Assembly (NCBI GenBank): GCA_050123275.1 | Contig: JASFHK010000005.1 | Location: 9,887-73,886, forward strand | DNA length: 64,000 bases | From: Dehalococcoidia bacterium | GTDB lineage: Bacteria; Chloroflexota; Dehalococcoidia; Dehalococcoidales; BS750m-G39 | Direction of reading: 5' to 3' | In this document: one piece after another, positions 28,839 to 36,625 of the stretch | Position numbering within the stretch: position 1 is the stretch's first letter | Layout of the letters: every line of letters starts with the position of its first letter | The notes under the pieces: model-generated | What the model was told of the DNA's origin: nothing | What the model saw: only the letters and a program-made list of their open reading frames with translations | The model's database searches: none | Position numbers and translations under genes: made by a program

Positions 28839-29170
28839 CATCACTCGGATGTCAGTTGGAGTATGGAGAGGAAATATAAAGTCCGCAACCAGCAGGTCAC
28901 CTGTTTTACCTTGTATCGTTTAACCACAACAAAACCTCCCCGTCGGGTTGGTTAGATCCGGACTTTGTATTAAATGATAACACAATAACCTCCCCCTGTC
29001 CAATCTTGCTTAAAGCCACCGCTACCATTGGCTCGGCGTGTGGGCATACCTTTAGGGAGCGCAGCCCGTTTTTACATTAACCAACTCATCTTATTGTCTC
29101 TAAATCGCTGTCAATGCTTTTTTGTTTATGCGGAAGCGGCGATTCCCGGCCACCCCGGTTTCCCCCGGAT

Positions 29171-29199
29171 TTGAGTGTTAGTCTAAAAAATACTATAAT
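29171..29199 (+). promoter_or_regulatory. Candidate sigma70-type promoter (TTGAGT-N17-TATAAT)
   Basis: The hexamers are at 29171-29176 and 29194-29199, about 100 nt upstream of the 29301 start. Confidence 0.5.
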
Positions 29200-29300
29200 C
29201 AGTTAGTCATATTACGCATCGGGATTTACCGCTTCTCCTCGGAGTTGTCACCTGAAAAAGTTAATAAAAAAGCGCTTTGGTTACTAGTAAGGAGATAAGC

Positions 29301-29792
29301 ATGAAAACAGGAGATAACATCAGGCTCACCGTGAACGGCAAACTGCACGAGCTCATGGTGGGCAAGGACATCCAGCCTGAAGACACGCTGGTGCACACCC
29401 TCCGCGAAACGCTGGGTTACATGGGCACCAAGATAGCCTGTGACCACGGCTCCTGCGGTGCCTGCACCGTCATCATGGACGGCGAGGCGATTCTGTCCTG
29501 CATGCTGCTCACCATCGAGTGCGACGGCAGGAATATTACCACCATCGAGGGCCTGGAAGACGCTAAGACGGGCGAGCTGGACCCCATCCAGCAGGCTTTT
29601 ATCGATTACACCGCTTTCCAGTGCGGCTTTTGCACACCGGGAATAATCATGACCACCAAGGCCATGCTGGATAAGAACCCCTCCCCCACCGAAGAAGAAG
29701 TAAAACAAGAGCTGGCGGGTCACTTCTGCCGCTGCGGCAGCCAGTACCTGGTTTTAAGAGCCATCCGCTCGCTGGCCGAGAAGGGCAGGTGA
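29301..29792 (+). CDS. Molybdenum hydroxylase small subunit, 2x[2Fe-2S] (CoxS/XdhC-type iron-sulfur subunit)
   Basis: The ATG at 29301 follows GGAGA. The Cys patterns CDHGSCGACTV and CGFCTPG ... CRCG are present. Confidence 0.9.
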   Translation: MKTGDNIRLTVNGKLHELMVGKDIQPEDTLVHTLRETLGYMGTKIACDHGSCGACTVIMDGEAILSCMLLTIECDGRNITTIEGLEDAKTGELDPIQQAFIDYTAFQCGFCTPGIIMTTKAMLDKNPSPTEEEVKQELAGHFCRCGSQYLVLRAIRSLAEKGR

Positions 29793-29797
29793 TATAG

Positions 29798-32059
29798 ATG
29801 GGCGGAAACTACCGACATATCGGCAAACCGACACAACGCAAGGACGCCCGCTCCATCGTCACCGGCCGGGCCGAGTATATCGATGACTTGAGGATGGCGG
29901 GGATGCTCTACGGCAGGGTGCTGCGCAGCCCCTATCCCCACGCCCGCATCAAGCATATCGATACCACCAAGGCAGAGGCGTACCCCGGCGTCATAACCGT
30001 GCTCACCTACAAGAACGTACCCAAATGGCTGGCCGGCGTTCCTTACCACCGGCCCGTTCTGGACAGCAAGGTGAATTTCGTCGGCGACGCCGTGGCGCTG
30101 CTGGCGGCGGAAACGGAACAGGCCGCCGACGAGGCTCTGGAGCTAATCGAGGTTGAGTACGAGGAGCTGCCCGCCGTCTACGACATGGAAGCGGCGAGCA
30201 AACCCGGCGCGCCCCAGATTCACGAGAGAATACCCAACAATATATTCCCGCGCGGCTTCAAGGCAATCGGCGAAAAGGCGCTGCAGGAGCTGGTCATGGG
30301 TGACGTCGAAAAAGGCTTCGCCGAAGCTGACATCATCGAGGAAGCCACCTGCGGCTACGAGAACATACCCAACCCGCTGCCACCGGAGCCGCCCGGCGTC
30401 GTTGCCCTCTGGGAAGACCCCGAGCACCTGACCATTTATGTAGCTTCACAGTCGGCGCCGATGAACCGCAACTTCGCCATGCCGGCTTTGGGGCTGGTTG
30501 ATATCCGCGTTATCGGTATGCAGTGCGGCGGCAGCTACGGCACCAAGAACGCCAACTTCATACCCATGGCACACGCCGCGGCTCTGGCCAAGGCGGCGGG
30601 CAAACCGGTCAAGGTATACTTTAATAAGGAAGAGCACTTCAACGCTTATACATTGCGTTTGGGCTCGCGCATCCACGCCAGGATAGGCATCAAGAAAGAC
30701 GGCACGGTGACGGCGGTGGAAGGCGAATGGTTCGTCGATACCGGCGCCGCCTCCGAGATGGCGCAGGTACAGGTCGCCGTCGGTCTGGGCGAGACGCAGC
30801 TGCTGATACGCTGCCCTAACTGGAACGTGCAACCCACCCTGGTTTGCACCAACCGCAGCCCATCGGGGGTGGTGCGCGGCTTCGGCGGGCAGGAGCTTAA
30901 CTGCGCCCTGCTGCCGCTACTAACCGTGGTTATGGAAAAGGCCGACCTCGACCCCGTCGAGTTCTTCAAGAAGAACTACATCGGCCCCGGCGCTGGCTTT
31001 TTCTGGCGCGACGGCATCTGGTGGGACTACCGCGGCATCGACTTCTCCAAAGTCCTCGACAAGAGCGCCGAGATTTTCGGCTGGAAGAATAAATGGAAGG
31101 GCTGGAACAAGCCCACCGCGGTCAACGGCTCCAAAATCACCGGCGTCGGCGTCGGCCTGCACGGCAACGCCGACATCGGCGAGGACGAGTCCGAGGCCCA
31201 CGTCAAGATAAGCCCCGACGGACGGGCGTTGGTTCACGCCTGCGTCTCCGAGTCGGGCATGGGCGAGCGCTCGTCGCTGTGCAAGATGGCCGCCGAGGTT
31301 CTGAACCTGCCCCTGGACAGGGTCAACATCGCTCCTCCCGACACGCTGGTCAACCCCTTCGAGTTCGGTCTGGTCGGCTCCCGCGGCACCTATACCGTGG
31401 GCTCGGCGGTGATTCAGGCCGCCGAGGACGCCCGCCGCCAGCTTCTGGAGAGGGCGGCCCCCATGCTTAAAGTACCTGCCGAAGAGCTGGACACCAAGGA
31501 CGGCGTTATCTTCGCCAAGAGCGACCCCGCTAAGGAAATGGCCTGGTACAAGGCGATGGGCATCGCCCGCACCATAACCGGCCAGGGGCGCTTCGATGTC
31601 GACTTCTCTTTGAGCAACTGTATGATTATCTTCGCCGAGGTCGAAATCGACACCGACACGGGCAAGCTCGAGTTAAAACACATTGTCGCCTCCACTGACT
31701 GCGGCCAGGTTATCGACCCCCTCGTTCTCGAAGGCCAGCTTCACGGCTGCCTGGGCTCGGCGGGGCTGGATACCGCCGTTTTCGAGGAGACCATACTCGA
31801 TAAAGACACGGGCCACATCGTCAACTGCAACATGATTGACTACAAGTGGCGCACCTTCGCCGATTTGCCCCCCTTCGATACCCTCATGATGGAGACGCCC
31901 ATCGACAGCCACCGCTTCCACGCCGTCGGCGTGGGCGAAATCGCCCCCGCCCCCGGCGCCGCCGCCGTGCTCATGGCCGTCAACAACGCCATCGGCAAGA
32001 AAATAATGACTTATCCGGCCACGCCCCAGAAGGTTCTGAAGGCGTTGGGCAAGATATAG
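29798..32059 (+). CDS. Molybdopterin-binding large subunit of the xanthine dehydrogenase/aldehyde oxidase/CoxL family
   Basis: The 753-aa protein has the N-terminal a/b-hammerhead region (RKDARSIVTGRAEYIDD) and GGSYG / GVGE-type segments typical of the family. Confidence 0.9.
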   Translation: MGGNYRHIGKPTQRKDARSIVTGRAEYIDDLRMAGMLYGRVLRSPYPHARIKHIDTTKAEAYPGVITVLTYKNVPKWLAGVPYHRPVLDSKVNFVGDAVALLAAETEQAADEALELIEVEYEELPAVYDMEAASKPGAPQIHERIPNNIFPRGFKAIGEKALQELVMGDVEKGFAEADIIEEATCGYENIPNPLPPEPPGVVALWEDPEHLTIYVASQSAPMNRNFAMPALGLVDIRVIGMQCGGSYGTKNANFIPMAHAAALAKAAGKPVKVYFNKEEHFNAYTLRLGSRIHARIGIKKDGTVTAVEGEWFVDTGAASEMAQVQVAVGLGETQLLIRCPNWNVQPTLVCTNRSPSGVVRGFGGQELNCALLPLLTVVMEKADLDPVEFFKKNYIGPGAGFFWRDGIWWDYRGIDFSKVLDKSAEIFGWKNKWKGWNKPTAVNGSKITGVGVGLHGNADIGEDESEAHVKISPDGRALVHACVSESGMGERSSLCKMAAEVLNLPLDRVNIAPPDTLVNPFEFGLVGSRGTYTVGSAVIQAAEDARRQLLERAAPMLKVPAEELDTKDGVIFAKSDPAKEMAWYKAMGIARTITGQGRFDVDFSLSNCMIIFAEVEIDTDTGKLELKHIVASTDCGQVIDPLVLEGQLHGCLGSAGLDTAVFEETILDKDTGHIVNCNMIDYKWRTFADLPPFDTLMMETPIDSHRFHAVGVGEIAPAPGAAAVLMAVNNAIGKKIMTYPATPQKVLKALGKI

Positions 32060-32070
32060 AGGAGAGAGCT

Positions 32071-34425
32071 ATGAAAGCATTCGACCACGTTGACGCCAAG
32101 ACCGTAAACGAAGCCGTTAAGTCGCTCGAAAAAGGCAAGGCCAGGCTCATCGCCGGCGGCACCGACCTGTTGAGCACGCTTAAGGATAAGATACTTCCCG
32201 AATACCCCGAAACCGTCGTCAATATCAAGACCATACCCGGCATGGACGACATCAAAGAGGACGGCAAGGGGCTGAAAATAGGCGCCCTGGCCAAGCTGGA
32301 TAAGATAGCCGGCTCGCCGGCGGTCAAGAAGAACTATAAAATACTGGCCGAAGCCGCCCGGGCCGTGGCCACCCCCCAGATTCGGCGCATGGGCACCATC
32401 GGCGGCAACCTCTGCCAGGACGTGCGTTGCTGGTACTACCGCTATCCCCACAGCGTGGGGGGCAGGATACTCTGCTACCTCAAAGGCGGCAAGGGCTGCT
32501 ACGCTTTAACACGGGAGAACCAGAACCACTCCATCTTCGGCGGCATGCGCGACGCCGACCCGCCCTGCACCTCGGCCTGTCCGGGTAGCGTTGAAATCCC
32601 CGTCTACATGAGCCAGATTAGAGAGGGCGATATTGAAGGCGCCGCCAAAACACTGCTCAAGAACAACCCCATCCCCGCCATAACGGGGCGGGTCTGCCCC
32701 CATTTCTGCGAGCAGCTCTGTAACCGCGGCGATTTCGACGAGGCGGTTTCGGTGAGGGATGTCGAACGTTTCATCGGCGACTACATCCTCGACCACGCCG
32801 CCAGTATCGTCAAGCCGCCCGCCAAAGACAGCGGCAAAAAAGTGGCTATCGTCGGCTCGGGCCCCGGCGGGCTCGCCGCCGCTTACTACCTTAGAATGGA
32901 AGGACATCGCGTCACCGTCTTCGAGCGCCGTGAGGAGGCCGGCGGCATGCTGGCCTACGTCATCCCCAACTACCGGCTGCCCAAGGATGTGGTCAGGCGC
33001 GTCATTAAAACGCTGGAAGGCATCGGTATCGAGTTCAAATGCAAGGTCGATGTCGGCAAGGACGTAACCCTGGAGAGCCTGAAGAAGGACTACGACAGCG
33101 TTTTCATCGGCAGCGGCGCCTGGGACCCGGTATCCATCGGGCTGGACGGCGAGGAGTCGACCCGCTTCGGTATGGAGCTCCTGGTCAATATCAACCGCGG
33201 TGTCAAAGAAGTCCCCGGTAAGAAAGTTCTCGTCATCGGCGGGGGCAACGCCGCCGTGGACGTGGCCGTCACCGCTTTGCGTCTGGGCGCCAAAGAGGCG
33301 ACCATGGCCTGCCTGGAATCTAGAGAAGAGATGCCGGCGCTGCCCTGGGAGATTGCTCAGGCCGAGGAACAGGGGGTTAAGATAATGCCTTCCTGGGGGC
33401 CCAAGCGGGTGCTCAAGGACGGCGGTAAGGTCACCGGCATGGAGCTGGTGCGCTGCGCCTCGGTTTTCGATAAAGAGGGCCGCTTCGCCCCCAAGCTGGA
33501 CGAGAGCACTAAAGAAACTGTCGAAGCCGACCAGATAATGATGGCGGTGGGCTACAGCACCGACCTCGACTTCGTTAAATCGTTAAAGGCTTTACAGACC
33601 GAGCGCGGCCTGATTGTCGCCGACCCCGAAACCCAGGCGACCAAGGTCGCAGGTATCTACGCCGGCGGCTCGATAACCCACGGGCCCGCCACCGTTATCG
33701 AGGCGGTTGCCGCCGGTAAACGGGCGGCGGCGGCCATGAATGCCTATTTGGGCGGCAAGCCGGCTCAAGCCGAAAAAGACGGCTCCTTGCTCAGTTTCAA
33801 TAACGATTATCTTAAAGAGACCAAGCGGGTGGAGATGCCCCAGCTGCCGGTGTCGCAGAGAAGCCTGGATAAAGAGGACGCTCTGGGCTTAAAGCAGGGC
33901 GATATCGAGGGCGAAGCCAACCGCTGTTTTAACTGCGGCTGCGTTTCCGCCAGCGCCTCCGACATGGGCGTGGTGCTCATGGCGCTTGGGGCCAGCCTAA
34001 AGATTGCCGGCCCCAAGGGCGAGAGGACGATTCCCGTCGCCGAGTTCTACGGCGCTTTGCGGCCCACCCTCGCCGAAGACGAAGTTCTCACCGGCATCGA
34101 GGTGCCCAAGCCCGCCGACGGCGCCAAGCAGAGCTTTATCAAGTTCCGGCTGCGCGAGTCCGTCGATTTCCCCATTGTCAGCATCGCCTCTATTCTCAAG
34201 GTCGAGGGCGGCGTCTGTAAGGACGCTCAAATCGCCCTGGGCGCGGTGGCCCCTATACCCGTGCGCGCCACGGCTGTGGAAAAGGCAATCAAGGGCAAGG
34301 CGCTCAACGCCGAGACGGCGGCAGCGGCCTCAGCGGCGGCTGTCGAGGGCGCCATACCGCTGGAGAATAACGCCCACAAGATTGAGATAACCAAGACGCT
34401 GGTGAAAAGGGTTATCCTCGAATAG
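32071..34425 (+). CDS. Molybdenum hydroxylase FAD-binding (CoxM/XdhB-like) subunit, interrupted by a 4-Cys loop and a GltD-like NAD(P)H/FAD module
   Basis: The ATG at 32071 follows GGAGAGAG. The FAD_binding_5-like N-terminus runs up to GTIGGNL. It is followed by CQDVRC...C...C and then a GltD-like region (VAIVGSGPGG; VLVIGGGNAAVD). The rest of the FAD domain and the CO-dehydrogenase-flavoprotein C-terminal domain then resume. Confidence 0.8.
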   Translation: MKAFDHVDAKTVNEAVKSLEKGKARLIAGGTDLLSTLKDKILPEYPETVVNIKTIPGMDDIKEDGKGLKIGALAKLDKIAGSPAVKKNYKILAEAARAVATPQIRRMGTIGGNLCQDVRCWYYRYPHSVGGRILCYLKGGKGCYALTRENQNHSIFGGMRDADPPCTSACPGSVEIPVYMSQIREGDIEGAAKTLLKNNPIPAITGRVCPHFCEQLCNRGDFDEAVSVRDVERFIGDYILDHAASIVKPPAKDSGKKVAIVGSGPGGLAAAYYLRMEGHRVTVFERREEAGGMLAYVIPNYRLPKDVVRRVIKTLEGIGIEFKCKVDVGKDVTLESLKKDYDSVFIGSGAWDPVSIGLDGEESTRFGMELLVNINRGVKEVPGKKVLVIGGGNAAVDVAVTALRLGAKEATMACLESREEMPALPWEIAQAEEQGVKIMPSWGPKRVLKDGGKVTGMELVRCASVFDKEGRFAPKLDESTKETVEADQIMMAVGYSTDLDFVKSLKALQTERGLIVADPETQATKVAGIYAGGSITHGPATVIEAVAAGKRAAAAMNAYLGGKPAQAEKDGSLLSFNNDYLKETKRVEMPQLPVSQRSLDKEDALGLKQGDIEGEANRCFNCGCVSASASDMGVVLMALGASLKIAGPKGERTIPVAEFYGALRPTLAEDEVLTGIEVPKPADGAKQSFIKFRLRESVDFPIVSIASILKVEGGVCKDAQIALGAVAPIPVRATAVEKAIKGKALNAETAAAASAAAVEGAIPLENNAHKIEITKTLVKRVILE

Positions 34426-34446
34426 AAGCTAGCTTAGAAGATTTGG

Positions 34447-34484
34447 TTCACCGGCCCATCGGTTTTGGGTCGGTGAATTTTTTT
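34447..34484 (+). terminator. Intrinsic terminator after the molybdenum hydroxylase operon
   Basis: A 12-bp stem TTCACCGGCCCA / TGGGTCGGTGAA with a 7-nt loop is followed by T7. The ~57 nt at 34434-34490 recur nearly identically at 44312-44368. Confidence 0.8.
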
Positions 34485-34495
34485 GGGGGGGGAAA

Positions 34496-34523
34496 GTGAG
34501 CCGCGGAGGACTCGCATCCTCGG
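34496..34523. repeat. tRNA-Lys 3'-end-derived fragment (att-like direct repeat, copy A)
   Basis: GTGAGCCGCGGAGGACTCGCATCCTCGG is identical over 28 nt to 45225-45252. Its first 19 nt match the 3' end of the tRNA-Lys at 45303-45378. Confidence 0.75.
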
Positions 34524-34526
34524 GCT

Positions 34527-35045
34527 CTATCTATTGAAGCGGGACATGTTCTTGCATTCTTCGACTTGTATTTCTTTTATGGATTCCCCGGGGCTGAGAT
34601 ATCCGAATGCTTTCTGCCTTACCGTCTCCAGCAAATCGCTAAGTACTAACTGCTCCTTCTCCGAGAGCGGCGATAGGATCTGCCGCATCAGCTCCCAGCT
34701 GGCTATGTTTGCTCCCTCGAAAACCTTGTTACCCTCGCTGGTTATCACCAGCCGCACCAACCTGCGGTCACGCAGGTCTCTCATCTTCTTGATCAGACCA
34801 CGCTTCTCCATGCGGTCGGCTATGAGGCTGATGGTGTTGGGGCTCCGGTCAAGAAATCGGGCTACGTCAGTCACTATTGCCTGACTACCGATGAGCTTTA
34901 TGGCCATGAGCACCGCATGGTGCTCGGTGGTGAGTCCTTCTTTGGCAAATACCGCGTCCTCACATTTGAGCACCAGATTGTAGGTCTGGTGAATAAGAAG
35001 CCAAGTACTGAGTAGGGGGCTATCAACGCCGAACTTAACCGCCAC
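34527..35045 (-). CDS. MarR family transcriptional regulator
   Basis: The 172-aa protein has a winged-helix region (VTDVARFLDRSPNTISLIADRMEKRGLIKKMRDLRDRRLV). The GTG start is preceded by AAGGAG. It is divergent from the archaellin gene. Confidence 0.85.
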   Translation of the reverse strand: MAVKFGVDSPLLSTWLLIHQTYNLVLKCEDAVFAKEGLTTEHHAVLMAIKLIGSQAIVTDVARFLDRSPNTISLIADRMEKRGLIKKMRDLRDRRLVRLVITSEGNKVFEGANIASWELMRQILSPLSEKEQLVLSDLLETVRQKAFGYLSPGESIKEIQVEECKNMSRFNR

Positions 35046-35156
35046 GCCTTCTCCTTAATTATATTATACAGTTTTTGTCAGCAAACTCTCCCGCTATTAT
35101 ACCAAAGTACCATCCAAAAAGTAATACTATATACCTATTTTTGTAAGATTCCTGTG

Positions 35157-35186
35157 TTGACAAAAGGAAAAAAGTGTGATTATACT
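35157..35186 (+). promoter_or_regulatory. Candidate sigma70-type promoter for the archaellum operon (TTGACA-N18-TATACT)
   Basis: The hexamers are at 35157-35162 and 35181-35186 in the marR/arlB divergent intergenic region. Confidence 0.5.
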
Positions 35187-35188
35187 TG

Positions 35189-35228
35189 TCATACACGAGC
35201 CTGTCATATACGAAACTATCGTATATGA
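35189..35228. promoter_or_regulatory. Candidate operator: half-site TCATACACGA plus a perfect inverted repeat TCATATACGA-N5-TCGTATATGA
   Basis: I read it directly. The 10-bp arms are at 35204-35213 and 35219-35228, and a 9/10 direct half-site is at 35189-35198. The element sits immediately downstream of the -10 hexamer. Confidence 0.45.
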
Positions 35229-35352
35229 ATAATTTGGATTAAGCTAAAACGGATTCTGGAACAGCTGACCTGGAAGCAACGAGATGTTAATTGGCAGAAG
35301 GTCAAAATGTACAGGGGGGTGAAGTTGCCCTTTTCGGGGGCAGCCCCTCATC

Positions 35353-35428
35353 TAGAGAGAGAGGAGGTGGTCGTATGTGATTTTAGGGAGGTGGTTGTAC
35401 GTGATTTTGAGGAAACGAAAATTAAGGA
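35353..35428 (+). repeat. Two short tandem direct repeats in the arlB leader
   Basis: GGAGGTGGTCGTATGTGATTTTAG and GGAGGTGGTTGTACGTGATTTTGAG are adjacent. They are followed by AGGAAACGAAAA occurring twice. Confidence 0.5.
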
Positions 35429-35472
35429 AACGAAAACCGGTGTATCTTCTTTGTTAAAGAAAGGAGAAAAAA

Positions 35473-36525
35473 ATGATTGACAAATTCATGAAAGCTATGC
35501 ACAGGCTTCACAAAGGACAGCGGGGCATGACCGGTCTGGAAACAGCCATTATCCTGATTGCCTTCGTGACAGTGGCTGCGGTGTTCGGCTACGCCGTACT
35601 GAGCGCCGGCATCTTCTCTGCGGAGCAGGGGAAGGAAACGGTCTACGCTGGCTTAGAGCAAGCCAAGAGTTCCATGGAGCTCAAGGGCTCGGTAATCGCC
35701 TACGGTGCTCCGGGAGATGAAGGGACAATCAACGACTGCGATGACGACAGCGACTGGACTGCCAGCGCAGGTGTGGCAATTACCCAGGCTATAGGTTACG
35801 GCGGTGGTCACAGCCTTCAGCTAACCCTTGATGGAACGACAACCAGTTCTGAGTTCGGCGGCGGTCTGGCAGCCTACGGCACCAGCTCTACCGCAGACTT
35901 GTCCCAGAAAAGCTATATCAACCTCTATGCTATGACGGATACTGATATGGCGGCTGGCGACTTGAAGTTACGAGTCAGTGACCAGGCTGATTGTACTGCA
36001 CCGCTGGAGACTCTAGACCTGCCAGCGCTAACTGCTGGTACCTGGACGCTGATCACCCTCACCCTTGATAATCCGGGCGTGGATCTGGGTATCTTGACTG
36101 TCGGCATAGAAGGTCCTGACATGACCGGAGCTGGCTATGATGCGATTGTCTACCTGGACAGCATTGTTGCCGGACCTCCTTATAACCATGCCGAGCTCAT
36201 TGTTTTCTCGGTGTCCAACGCTATCGCCGGTAAGCCGATAGACCTGACCCCAAGTCCAGACAACGTTACCGTAATCAGCTATACTGACCGCAATATTTTT
36301 GAGCCCAACATAACCTGGACTGTCAGCTTTGTCGGTCAGAACGACGGCGATTACCTGCTGGAGATGGGGGAGCAGGCACAGGTAGCGGTATCACTGGGTT
36401 TCCTAGCTGTTCCGCCAGGACCCAATGCTGAAATCGGCTTGCAGGTGAAGCCGCCTCATGGTTCCGTAATCAGCATTGAGCGGACGATACCAGCCAACAT
36501 AGATGCCGTTATGGATCTGTACTAG
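35473..36525 (+). CDS. arlB: Archaellin (archaeal flagellin, ArlB/FlaB family) with class III signal peptide and a ~155-aa inserted domain
   Basis: The sequence is MIDKFMKAMHRLHKGQRG | MTGLETAIILIAFVTVAAVFGYAVLSAGIFSAEQGKETVYAGLEQAKSSMELKGSV. This is the archaellin-specific N-terminus as in Methanomicrobia-type archaellins. The C-terminal beta-domain is archaellin-like. AGGAG lies 6 nt upstream of the ATG. Confidence 0.85.
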   Translation: MIDKFMKAMHRLHKGQRGMTGLETAIILIAFVTVAAVFGYAVLSAGIFSAEQGKETVYAGLEQAKSSMELKGSVIAYGAPGDEGTINDCDDDSDWTASAGVAITQAIGYGGGHSLQLTLDGTTTSSEFGGGLAAYGTSSTADLSQKSYINLYAMTDTDMAAGDLKLRVSDQADCTAPLETLDLPALTAGTWTLITLTLDNPGVDLGILTVGIEGPDMTGAGYDAIVYLDSIVAGPPYNHAELIVFSVSNAIAGKPIDLTPSPDNVTVISYTDRNIFEPNITWTVSFVGQNDGDYLLEMGEQAQVAVSLGFLAVPPGPNAEIGLQVKPPHGSVISIERTIPANIDAVMDLY

Positions 36526-36560
36526 GGAGACTTTAATCCCGAGATAACAAGATAACATGA

Positions 36561-36604
36561 GGCGCTCCCGGGGACGAGGGTAGGCAAAGTTCCCCGGGAG
36601 CGCC
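36561..36604 (+). promoter_or_regulatory. Perfect 14-bp-stem hairpin between arlB and the next gene (no U-tract)
   Basis: The stem is GGCGCTCCCGGGGA - 16 nt - TCCCCGGGAGCGCC. It begins 36 nt after the arlB stop. Confidence 0.6.
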
Positions 36605-36625
36605 GCACAGTCTTCGAGGAAAGAT

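Noticed and set aside
28878-28966. An 8-bp long-range pairing (AAAGTCCG / CGGACTTT) encloses ~73 nt in the mttB leader and could be a riboswitch P1 stem.
   Set aside because: By rough count, about one such 8-mer complement within 100 nt is expected by chance in a 640-nt region. Without covariation it is not evidence.
28658-29300. I considered a cobalamin riboswitch upstream of the corrinoid/MttB operon or a Moco riboswitch upstream of the molybdoenzyme operon.
   Set aside because: I read both strands and found no B12-box-like element and no GGGAA...GGTG...AATCC core. I also found no convincing Moco motif. A CCGAGCC/AAAGG resemblance lies on the wrong strand for the molybdoenzyme genes. A covariance-model scan is needed to be sure.
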